32,000 nt of DNA from Acaryochloris marina S15. Lineage in GTDB: Bacteria; Cyanobacteriota; Cyanobacteriia; Thermosynechococcales; Thermosynechococcaceae. The notes under the pieces were generated by a model that was not told the DNA's origin, did not search any database, and was given only the letters and a program-made list of their open reading frames with translations. The stretch covers positions 4,590,001 through 4,622,000 of the forward strand of contig NZ_CP064923.1 in the NCBI RefSeq assembly GCF_018336915.1, in the 5' to 3' direction. Of this stretch, positions 9,637 through 17,955 are shown piece after piece; within the stretch, counting starts at the first letter, position 1, and each line of letters opens with the position of its first letter. The translations under genes and the position numbers were made by a program.

Positions 9637-12600
9637 CTAGACAATCTGGATCTGGCCAGCACCTAAATCAGCTTTATTTTGCAAGGTGCCCACCAGAATT
9701 TGCTGGGCTGCCCCACTGCCATCCGTATCGTAGAACAGCTCACCATTGGTGCGATTGTAGATAAATCGATGCTCCGCGGTGGTTGCTGCAGCTCCCAGGA
9801 CGAATTGCTGATCTGAGATCAGACCCAGGGGTAGGGTATTGAGCTGGGCGGAACGGAATGCGATCGCATCTTCACCCACAGCAAAATCAGCAATATTGCT
9901 CTTATTATCAGCAGTCGCCTCGAGAACAAAGAGATCGCTGCCTCCGCCACCCACGAGATAATCTTGCCCAGCGCCACCGGTAAGAGAATCATCTCCGTCA
10001 CCGCCATTTAATTGGTCGTTGCCATAGGAACCCCAGAGAATATCATTGCCCTCATGGCCGCTAAGAGAGTCCTCGCCATAGGCACCGTTCAGGTGGTCAT
10101 CCCCTAAACTCCCCCCTAAATAATCATCCCCATCTCCACCGTCGAGGGTATCCTTGCCTTCACCACCCCATAGGGTGTCATTGCCTTCATGGCCTCGGAG
10201 AAAGTCATTGCCACGGTATCCATCCAGAGTATCTTCACCCCAGCTCCCGCCTAGATAGTCATTCCCATCTCCACCTTGGAGATTATCATCGCCATTCGCA
10301 CCCCACAGATGGTCATCCCCCTCATGGCCATTGAGGGTGTCATGTCCACTGCCACCATCGAGTCGATCTTCGCCTAAACTACCGCCTAAATAGTCATCAC
10401 CATCCAGACCCTGGAGCGTATCATTACCTGCAGCCCCCCAGAGGGTGTCATTCCCATCATGACCATTCAGAGAATCATCTCCGTCGCCGCCATCTAAATT
10501 ATCGTCACCATAGGACCCCCAGAGGGTGTCATTACCCTCATGGCCATTGAGGGTGTCATTGCCCCGATGGCCATTGAGGTGATCATTACCTAAACTACCC
10601 CCTAAGTAGTCCTCGCCCTCTCCACCATCGAGGGTATCTTCGCCCTCTCCACCCCAGAGGGTGTCATTGCCTTGATGACCTCTAAGAAAATCATTACCCC
10701 GGTAGCCATCTAAGGTATCGCTGCCCCAGCTACCCCCCAGATAGTCGTTGCCATCGCCACCTTGGAGGCTATCATCGCCATTGGCTCCCCATAGATGGTC
10801 ATCCCCTTCATGGCCATTGAGGGTATCATTGCCATTGCCACCATCGAGGCTGTCTTCGCCTAAACTCCCCCCTAATGAGTCATTGCCTTCGCCTCCGTGT
10901 AAGGTGTCTTTGCCTTCGCCACCCCATAACGTGTCATCTCCTTGATGACCGTTGAGGGAATCATTCCCACGGTATCCATCTAGGGTATCTCTGCCCCAGC
11001 TACCGCCTAGATAATCGTCTCCATCTCCACCAATGAGGTTATCGTCTCCCTCTGCTCCCCACAAATGGTCATTGCCCTCATGGCCATGGAGAAAGTCATT
11101 GCCATTCCCACCATTAAGATGGTCATCGCCTAAGCTCCCGCCCAAATTGTCGTCGCCATCTCCACCGTCAAGGGTATCCTGGCCTTCACCACCCCATAGG
11201 GTGTCGTTTCCTTGGTGGCCTCTGAGAAAATCATTACCGCGATATCCATCGAGCGTATCGCTGCCAAAACTCCCCCCCAGATAGTCATCTCCGTCGCCGC
11301 CTTGGAGACTGTCATCGCCCTCAGCACCCCACAAATGATCATCGCCCTCATGGCCATGGAGAAAGTCATCGCCATCTCCACCATCAAGCCGATCCTCACC
11401 TAAATGACCTGCTAAATAGTCATCCCCATCTAACCCCTTGAGGGTATCATTGCCCTCGCCCCCATAGAGCTTGTCATTAACGGCTCCACCCGAGCCATTA
11501 TCGTCCAGGGCTGTACCTCTAAAAATCAGGGGAAGGGTCTCAATACGAGTAGTGCTAGAACCCGGATTGGCGGAACCATCGCCGGTGAGCAAGATGTTAT
11601 CCACTGCAACCCAGTCATCCGTATCATTGGTGCCCACTGTATTGATCTGGAAGACTAAAAATTGGTAGCCATCGCCCAAATCCACATCCCAAGAGAGGGT
11701 GGTCCAATCAAAATCATCGCCGCCAAAGGTCTGTTGAACTAAGATCTGACGCTCCATAGGTAATGCGCCAGCCTGGTAGGGACCCTGGTTGCTATTGGAG
11801 TTGTTGAAAAATTCACCATTTACCCCCCACAAACTAATCGTAATTTCGTTATTGTCCCCTGTGCCCCCTTCTAGGTTGCGCAGGTCTAGACTGAGGGTTT
11901 GCATCCCTCTTCTGACGGCACTGTCATAGATAATTTGTCCTAGATTGGATCGGCTGGCAGCTTCCTGGGTCAGGACGACGCCACCCCCTTGGCCAATAGA
12001 GGAATCCCAGGAGACGCCATTAGCTGCGTACCATCCTAAGTTGGCACTCGTACTATGGTTGATACCGTCCGTTTTAAAGACTGGATTGAAGGAAAAATCA
12101 CCATTGCTAAACGCATTGACATATTGGGTTGGCGTCACCTCAATGGTTTGGGAGAGGGAGCGAGTGGCCCCATACTCATCCCAAACCTTGAGCGTAATGT
12201 CATGGGAACCCGCTCGATCAAAGACATAGCTGGTTTGGCGACCAAAGCGATCCGCCACATTGTCGCCATCAAAATCCCAGGCATAGCTGACAATCCCCCG
12301 GCTAGGGTTATCAATAAAAGTCGAATCTGAATCAAAAGATGCACTAGCGTCAAACCCCATGGCGAGTCCCCCAATGGCTTGACTCGTAAAGAGGACGGAG
12401 GGGGCTAAGTTACCTGCAACCTCCGAAAACGTATTATTTCCCTGAACTTGAAAGTAAGAAGGAAAGTCTGGATTCTCAATCGTAATATGGGGCGGAGTTA
12501 GGCCAAAATGCTGTTCATTATTGACCAGGGTACTACCTTGTAACGAAGACCCGACAAAGTCTCTATCGGCATCGTAGGGAACCGCTATACCTGTCTTAAA

Positions 12601-14493
12601 GCCTTCAATATGCAGATTGATGTATCGCTCCTCCAAAGAGGTGTCATTGACATGAACCCCGGTCCCAATCGGTTGAGCGGAATGGATTAAACCATCCACT
12701 AAGTCAACATTACCGCTATACCTTAAGAGCACCCCATTATGCCTGATATTCCACAGGGCAAAATTATCAATCACTGACCGATAATCATGGGCCGTAAAGG
12801 TGGGCACACTGATGTTTAACTGGCCATCTTGATTGGTCTTGCGGGCCCAAAGGCTAATGCCTGAAGTTGAGTTATAGCTCTGAAAGCCGCTAAGTTGCCG
12901 CAGGGGCACCGCCGCCACATCAATCGTACTTTCGTCTACAGTCCCTTTAGCGAGATCCTGCAAGTTCTGAGGCAGGATGCTTACATCGACGGTTTGCGCA
13001 TCTCGAACGGATTCTGTCCCCGCATCCAGCCCCAATAGTTCGATGGCAGACCCAGCGGCACTCACCGCAATATTGTCAATGATGGCGACCTGAGCAGCCC
13101 CTTGTACCCAATAGCCATCCCCATTAAAGCCAAAATCAAAAAGATTGGTTCGGGGAGATAAGGGATTAATATCATGGCTTGGACTGGCATCCCCAGTGGT
13201 TTTGATGGTCAGATTGTTCCGCCAAGTCCCAATTTCATTACCGGACTCGGCGACAATCCCTGCCCCCACTACATCAAACACGACATTATCTTCCAGGACC
13301 GCATGACTGTCATGGTGAACAATCCCCCAGCCTGGACTGCCGACGACGGCATTGCCTTGGGCCACAGCGGGTATGCCATTAATATCACCTGCACCGGTTC
13401 GGTGGAAATGTAGGGCATACCGACCTCTGGGGTTGGTGCCCGTGCCGATGGAGCCATCCACGTTCTGACCAGGATCATCCACGATTAGATTCTTATCGGA
13501 GCGCCCTAAGTTATAAAAACCAGCATTGAGCACCTGAACATCAGCATTGTGCATAAACATAATGTGTCCACGCTGCTGAGTCGGAACTTGGTCTGCATTT
13601 TCCGTCTCAAACACCACATTGCGGGTGGTATTCGCAATATACAAATCCACCTGATCTTGTAATCCATCAGGCCTTTTATGATCAAATCGGAGAACCGAGT
13701 TATCTCCAGTCAAAATATTGTTATTCGTAAATCGAACCCGATTACCGTTGATTTCTGTAATCGTCAGCACTTCATCTTGAAAACGGCTGTTATCGGCATT
13801 GGTCCCTCTCCAGTTGTAGGACGTACCGCCCAAAACGAGCTGATCTCCCACTTTCCATCCCAAGGGGCCACCCGCGCTATCCAGCTTGAGCACCAGTTCA
13901 TTGTCCCCAGCCAGGGGATCCTGCTCAAGAGCGACAAAATCTAATTTTTCGGCACCAAAGATTCTGGCTTGACCATGACTGATTAACCCTCGGCTCAGCT
14001 GACTTGGGTCCCACTGGGTATCGATGGGACTATCACTGGTAAAGGTGATGCGGGTGGTGACATCTGCTTGGACCGGGTTATCTTCCGTCCCAATCAGCAA
14101 TGTGCCGTCAGGAGAAACGGCAAAGGTATCTAACAGTAACTGAGTATCCTGATCAGAAGAAAATTGGAGGGTACCATCTACTCGTAGGGTATCAATGCGA
14201 GCCGTACTTTCTTGGTCATAGGTCACTTCTACGCCTTGAGCAATCAAGACTTTCGCATCATCTCCAGGAATCTGACCGCCTTCCCAGGTGTTGGGGTCAA
14301 ACCATGAGCCATCCCGTATGGCTTTATGGGTGGCTTGCGAATGGGGGACGAGCTTTAAAAAGCCCATGTGCTCATGTTGTTTACCTGGGTTATCGGCATG
14401 GGGTAGTCCCATACCGCCATGGGACATGGTATGTCCCATACCAGATGTATGAGCTGCACCAGATGTATGAGACGTATGTTGATGAGTTTGCAT
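9637..14493 (-). CDS. Giant secreted RTX protein (~1618 aa): His/Met-rich leader, G8 domain, right-handed beta-helix region, PKD domain, jelly-roll-like region, 57 RTX nonapeptides, 95-aa C-terminal tail
   Basis: G8-like segment at ~13945-14325: IRDGSWFDPNTWEGGQIPGDDAKVLIAQGVEVTYD...LLIGTEDNPVQ...HGQARIFGAEK. Beta-helix-like region at ~12400-13900. PKD at ~12135-12310: VSYAWDFDGDNVADRFGRQTSYVFDRAGSHDITLKVWDEYG. The GGxGxDxLx repeats span 9925-11463. There is no N-terminal Sec signal, and the non-repeat C-terminal tail fits a type I secretion substrate. The first ATG is at 14493; the track start at 14583 is a TTG. Confidence 0.85.
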   Translation of the reverse strand: MQTHQHTSHTSGAAHTSGMGHTMSHGGMGLPHADNPGKQHEHMGFLKLVPHSQATHKAIRDGSWFDPNTWEGGQIPGDDAKVLIAQGVEVTYDQESTARIDTLRVDGTLQFSSDQDTQLLLDTFAVSPDGTLLIGTEDNPVQADVTTRITFTSDSPIDTQWDPSQLSRGLISHGQARIFGAEKLDFVALEQDPLAGDNELVLKLDSAGGPLGWKVGDQLVLGGTSYNWRGTNADNSRFQDEVLTITEINGNRVRFTNNNILTGDNSVLRFDHKRPDGLQDQVDLYIANTTRNVVFETENADQVPTQQRGHIMFMHNADVQVLNAGFYNLGRSDKNLIVDDPGQNVDGSIGTGTNPRGRYALHFHRTGAGDINGIPAVAQGNAVVGSPGWGIVHHDSHAVLEDNVVFDVVGAGIVAESGNEIGTWRNNLTIKTTGDASPSHDINPLSPRTNLFDFGFNGDGYWVQGAAQVAIIDNIAVSAAGSAIELLGLDAGTESVRDAQTVDVSILPQNLQDLAKGTVDESTIDVAAVPLRQLSGFQSYNSTSGISLWARKTNQDGQLNISVPTFTAHDYRSVIDNFALWNIRHNGVLLRYSGNVDLVDGLIHSAQPIGTGVHVNDTSLEERYINLHIEGFKTGIAVPYDADRDFVGSSLQGSTLVNNEQHFGLTPPHITIENPDFPSYFQVQGNNTFSEVAGNLAPSVLFTSQAIGGLAMGFDASASFDSDSTFIDNPSRGIVSYAWDFDGDNVADRFGRQTSYVFDRAGSHDITLKVWDEYGATRSLSQTIEVTPTQYVNAFSNGDFSFNPVFKTDGINHSTSANLGWYAANGVSWDSSIGQGGGVVLTQEAASRSNLGQIIYDSAVRRGMQTLSLDLRNLEGGTGDNNEITISLWGVNGEFFNNSNSNQGPYQAGALPMERQILVQQTFGGDDFDWTTLSWDVDLGDGYQFLVFQINTVGTNDTDDWVAVDNILLTGDGSANPGSSTTRIETLPLIFRGTALDDNGSGGAVNDKLYGGEGNDTLKGLDGDDYLAGHLGEDRLDGGDGDDFLHGHEGDDHLWGAEGDDSLQGGDGDDYLGGSFGSDTLDGYRGNDFLRGHQGNDTLWGGEGQDTLDGGDGDDNLGGSLGDDHLNGGNGNDFLHGHEGNDHLWGAEGDDNLIGGDGDDYLGGSWGRDTLDGYRGNDSLNGHQGDDTLWGGEGKDTLHGGEGNDSLGGSLGEDSLDGGNGNDTLNGHEGDDHLWGANGDDSLQGGDGNDYLGGSWGSDTLDGYRGNDFLRGHQGNDTLWGGEGEDTLDGGEGEDYLGGSLGNDHLNGHRGNDTLNGHEGNDTLWGSYGDDNLDGGDGDDSLNGHDGNDTLWGAAGNDTLQGLDGDDYLGGSLGEDRLDGGSGHDTLNGHEGDDHLWGANGDDNLQGGDGNDYLGGSWGEDTLDGYRGNDFLRGHEGNDTLWGGEGKDTLDGGDGDDYLGGSLGDDHLNGAYGEDSLSGHEGNDILWGSYGNDQLNGGDGDDSLTGGAGQDYLVGGGGSDLFVLEATADNKSNIADFAVGEDAIAFRSAQLNTLPLGLISDQQFVLGAAATTAEHRFIYNRTNGELFYDTDGSGAAQQILVGTLQNKADLGAGQIQIV
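9925..11463 (-). repeat. 57 contiguous 27-bp coding repeats (RTX nonapeptide G-x-x-G-x-D-x-L-x) organised into 270-bp (10-unit) higher-order repeats
   Basis: The string CTCATGGCC/TTCATGGCC (the complement encodes G-H-E, the first unit of each super-repeat) ends at 10059, 10329, 10545, 10815, 11085 and 11355. The spacings are 270, 216, 270, 270 and 270 bp. The protein blocks start GHEG(D/N)DHLWGA(E/N)GDD... each time. Confidence 0.9.
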
Positions 14494-14502
14494 AGAAAAC
14501 TG

Positions 14503-14522
14503 GATCTTGCAATTGCAAGATC
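14503..14522. promoter_or_regulatory. Perfect 20-bp palindrome GATCTTGCAATTGCAAGATC, 9 nt upstream of the RTX gene ATG
   Basis: Read directly. On the minus-sense mRNA the context is GGGGGAGAUCUUGCAAUUGCAAGAUCCAGUUUUCU-AUG. The only Shine-Dalgarno-like purine run (GGGGGAG) sits on the 5' side of the hairpin and overlaps it. Confidence 0.4.
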
Positions 14523-14593
14523 TCCCCCAAAAAGTGATCAAAAATCTGGTTGTATTACGTTTGCGATCGCAACCAGTGAACAAGTGTTTTGCT

Positions 14594-14638
14594 GCAACAA
14601 ATCCAGATAAGCCACGATCACTTATCTAGATTTGTTGC
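14594..14638 (-). promoter_or_regulatory. Long hairpin: 18-bp arms and a 9-nt loop in the putative 5' leader of the RTX gene
   Basis: Arms are 14594-14611 (GCAACAAATCCAGATAAG) and 14621-14638 (CTTATCTAGATTTGTTGC). The single non-complementary position is a C.A mismatch in plus-sense RNA but a G.U wobble in minus-sense RNA. The stem is therefore fully paired only in the sense of the RTX gene. No U-tract follows on either strand, so it is not an intrinsic terminator. Confidence 0.4.
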
Positions 14639-15464
14639 TATATTCTGAATTTTTAGAAAATAATTTTTGAGCAAACTAGCTCAGAACAGATAAATAAAAG
14701 CATGGCATCCTGGTAAACACAAATCCTTAGAAAATTCAAAAAATCAAGAAATAAGCCAAAAAACTCTTGATATAAACATTGATTCTGAAAATGAAATACT
14801 CTTCATATCAGCTCAATATTCTTCTAAATATTCAGTGAGTTTCTCACCTACAACTAAGCCTAAATTAGATAAGAATTGATCTTAAAAAACAGCCCCATAT
14901 CAGTTATAGTACCCATTACAGGGCAATGCATCTACAAAAAAAACCCTGTCTGATGTATATTTTCTCTGTATACATAAAATATACAAATACTTAGACGAAC
15001 CAGCAAAAATCTAATTTATAAAAATATTTATCCTCTGAATTAACAACAAGACACTTAAAAATATAGACATCCATCAATCACAAATATGCAATAAATATTT
15101 TCTAATTTAATGGAATTTCAATGGTTTTTATTTCCGTAGAGCCGTTTTAAGTTATACCGTTTTTTCAAAGATTATTTTAAGTTGGATGCAATAACATCTC
15201 CCCTCGATAGCAAGCAGCTTTAAAGCAGAGATAGGGGAACGCAGGTTATTAACCATGAAGACCCACAATCTCATGGCTTATAAGGACTAAGCTATGATGA
15301 GACTTCTCTTCTTGAACAGAGATAGGTCACTGGTCAGGGATACTCTAAGGCCATGGAAGAGAAACTTATTTAGGGATGGCAAGTCTCATTCAAATAGCAG
15401 GCCATCATCTCCCTGTTATCGGCTCACATTATGCGTTCACCCTAATTTCTTGGAGCTTCGGTAT

Positions 15465-17918
15465 ATGTCTCTTGGTCAGCAATGGCTAGACAGGCAACCA
15501 GCCAGATACAAGTTTTGGACTAAACGCCGAAGGTGGATACGAGGGTGCATTAGTTTTTGCCTTGGCCTTTTCCTGTGGGCCTCTTTTTCCATTGGTAGTA
15601 CGTCAGCACAATTCAATTCCAGACAGGTAGAAGTGCCTGATGGCTTTGGCGTTGCCATCCATTTCACCGATCCCAAACCGGGAGAGATGGAGCTGTTAGA
15701 GGCTTCTGGGATTCGTTGGATACGGGCGGATCTGGTGTGGTTACGGACAGAAGTCAAAAAAGGTCAGTACGACTTTGCTGCCTATGATCGATTGCTGGAC
15801 CAATTAGAACGCCATAATCTCCGTGCCATTTTTATCCTCGACTATGGAAACCCCTTATATGACGGTGGATTTTCCCCTCATACAGATGCTGGGCGCCAGG
15901 CCTTTGCTCGCTGGGCCGTTGCTGCCGTCAAACACTTTCAAGAGCGCGGGGTGGTCTGGGAAATGTACAACGAGCCCAATATTCTGCCCTTTTGGAGTCC
16001 TCGCCCTAATGTGCAGGACTATATCAAGCTGGCCAAAACCGTTGGCAAAGCGATCCATCGCACCTATCCTCAAGAGGTGATTATTGGTCCCGCCCTCGCA
16101 GGTAGCGTTAATAAACCCGGTCGCAAGGAATTTTTGGAAGCCTGTTTTCAAGCTGGATTACTGGAAGATTGGTCTGCCGTCTCCATTCACCCCTATCGCA
16201 TCACTCGACCTGAAACCGTTGCCCGCGACTATCGTCAACTGCGATTGTTGATCGCCAAATATGCACCACCCGGTAAGCAAATCCCCATTATTGCTGGGGA
16301 ATGGGGCTATCCGTCATCAACCGCCTGGCGACAAGGCAAAGTCATCGATCCGACGACCCAGGCCAAATATTTAGGGCGGCAATGGTTGAACAATCTGGCC
16401 AATGAGATTCCCTTATCCATCTGGTATGACTGGCAAAATAATGGCCCCAAGGCAGATGATCCAGAGCATAATTATGGACTCATTGGCTATTCTGACCCTA
16501 AACAGAAGCGACCAACCTATGAGGTCAAACCTGCGTATCGGGCCGCCCAAACCCTGAATCAAACCCTAGAAGGGTTTCAATTCAATAAACGACTAGACGT
16601 TGGGCGGCCCGATGATTATGTCTTGCTCTTTAATCAGGGCAACCAAGTCAAAATTGCGGCCTGGACGACGACTCAATCCCCCCACAAAGCCATCATTCCA
16701 ACCAGTGCTGGTTCTTTTCGTACTCTTGATTATCTCGGCCAAAATCGCAAAACATTAAACGCTACTGCTCAAGGCTTGTCCTTATCCCTAACCGATGCAC
16801 CTCAATATCTCACCCCCACTAAGGCGAATGCCCTGCTGCAGCTGGCCGCTGCCTGGGAAACGGTGCCTTTAGAGCAGATAGTACCGGGATCTCAAACCAT
16901 TGACGTGCCGCTGCAACTCAGAAATCCCCTCCCAACCCCCATTCAAGTGAATACCGGTTCCCAAACCGCAACCATTCCCCCTCGACAAACCCGATCCCTC
17001 GTCACCACGGTGACGCCTTCTCGTCAGGGCAAGTCACGTCCCCTACGCTTAGAGTGGCAGATTCAAGGCATCGGTTCCATCACTCAAAGCACCCATCTGC
17101 TCCTGACCAATCCCTTAACTGCAACTGTGTTGCCCATGGGAGCTAACCAGTTAACGGTCGTTCTCCAAAACCCTGCAGGAACAGCCCTGAATGGGAGGGC
17201 AACCCTGACCAACCTCCAAGGCTTAAAGGCGAATACTCCGAGTCAGCCCATTCGTTTTGCCCCTGGGGAAACCCAGAAATATCTCAAATTCAAAGCCAGT
17301 CGGACTCAAAGTACCTATCAAGCAGGATTAGAGGTGACAGAAGGGGGAAATCAGCATACCTTCCCACCTCAGAAGTTCAAGGCCGTGATTAATTTTGCCA
17401 ATCTAGGCGCGAATACGATGGGTCAAGCTCTCCAAGCCGTTCCTGGGGGTGATGCAAAGGTGCGATCGCAACAGTCCATAGCCGTGATACCGTCAGCGTC
17501 TCGGTATGCACCAACCGTGGGTCGCAAAGTCCTCAAAATTACCTATCGGTTTCAAGCCGGGTGGAAATATCTCCACCTACTGCCTACTCCTCAGTACCAA
17601 TCCCAATTAAAAATTCAAGGTCAACCCCAATCCCTGGGGCTCTGGATTAATGGGGATGGGAGCGGCAATCAAATGTCCTTGCGGTATCAAGATAAAACGG
17701 GGCAAATCTTCCAACCCAAGAACCAAACTATTACCTGGAAAGGGTGGCGATATATCACCTTTACCCTAGATGGCAAGGATGCCACGGTATGGGGGGGTGC
17801 AGCAGATGGGATTGTTCACTATCCCATTCAGCTCAATTCTCTACTCGCCATCGACAATGCCAAGAAACAGACGACCGCAGGGGAAATTTATGTCGGCCAG
17901 CCAACTTTGGTATGGTGA
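15465..17918 (+). CDS. Secreted glycoside hydrolase, clan GH-A / GH5-like TIM-barrel catalytic domain, plus ~450 aa of C-terminal beta-sandwich (Ig-like / CBM-like) domains
   Basis: Signal or anchor segment WIRGCISFCLGLFLWASFSIGSTSA|Q. Acid/base motif VVWEMYNEPN, H-x-Y (SIHPY), and nucleophile motif IIAGEWGYPS, all in the order expected for GH5-type enzymes. I prefer the ATG at 15465 over the track start at 15294, whose 57 extra residues look non-coding. Confidence 0.7.
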   Translation: MSLGQQWLDRQPARYKFWTKRRRWIRGCISFCLGLFLWASFSIGSTSAQFNSRQVEVPDGFGVAIHFTDPKPGEMELLEASGIRWIRADLVWLRTEVKKGQYDFAAYDRLLDQLERHNLRAIFILDYGNPLYDGGFSPHTDAGRQAFARWAVAAVKHFQERGVVWEMYNEPNILPFWSPRPNVQDYIKLAKTVGKAIHRTYPQEVIIGPALAGSVNKPGRKEFLEACFQAGLLEDWSAVSIHPYRITRPETVARDYRQLRLLIAKYAPPGKQIPIIAGEWGYPSSTAWRQGKVIDPTTQAKYLGRQWLNNLANEIPLSIWYDWQNNGPKADDPEHNYGLIGYSDPKQKRPTYEVKPAYRAAQTLNQTLEGFQFNKRLDVGRPDDYVLLFNQGNQVKIAAWTTTQSPHKAIIPTSAGSFRTLDYLGQNRKTLNATAQGLSLSLTDAPQYLTPTKANALLQLAAAWETVPLEQIVPGSQTIDVPLQLRNPLPTPIQVNTGSQTATIPPRQTRSLVTTVTPSRQGKSRPLRLEWQIQGIGSITQSTHLLLTNPLTATVLPMGANQLTVVLQNPAGTALNGRATLTNLQGLKANTPSQPIRFAPGETQKYLKFKASRTQSTYQAGLEVTEGGNQHTFPPQKFKAVINFANLGANTMGQALQAVPGGDAKVRSQQSIAVIPSASRYAPTVGRKVLKITYRFQAGWKYLHLLPTPQYQSQLKIQGQPQSLGLWINGDGSGNQMSLRYQDKTGQIFQPKNQTITWKGWRYITFTLDGKDATVWGGAADGIVHYPIQLNSLLAIDNAKKQTTAGEIYVGQPTLVW

Positions 17919-17955
17919 TCAATCGATAGACATATTGTGAAGGTTTGAGATAGGT

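Noticed and set aside
9925-11463. Regular 27-bp periodicity considered as a possible CRISPR array or non-coding satellite
   Set aside because: The units are contiguous without spacers. They sit in frame inside a 4.8-kb ORF and encode the canonical GGxGxDxLx calcium-binding motif. The SPSPP-type ORFs at 10748-10945, 11033-11284 and 11212-11403, and the minus ORF at 11130-11399, are out-of-frame shadows.
14494-14583. Track start codon at 14583 for the RTX gene; similar N-terminal extensions at 2965 (sbtA), 3884 (sbtB), 7482 (pyrB) and 15294 (glycosidase)
   Set aside because: At 14583 and 7482 (TTG) and 2965 (GTG) the extension begins at a non-ATG codon, and the sbtB extension overlaps the end of sbtA. 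All of them add residues with non-protein-like composition, and a downstream ATG is available that matches the family N-terminus or has better context. No start has been tested experimentally.
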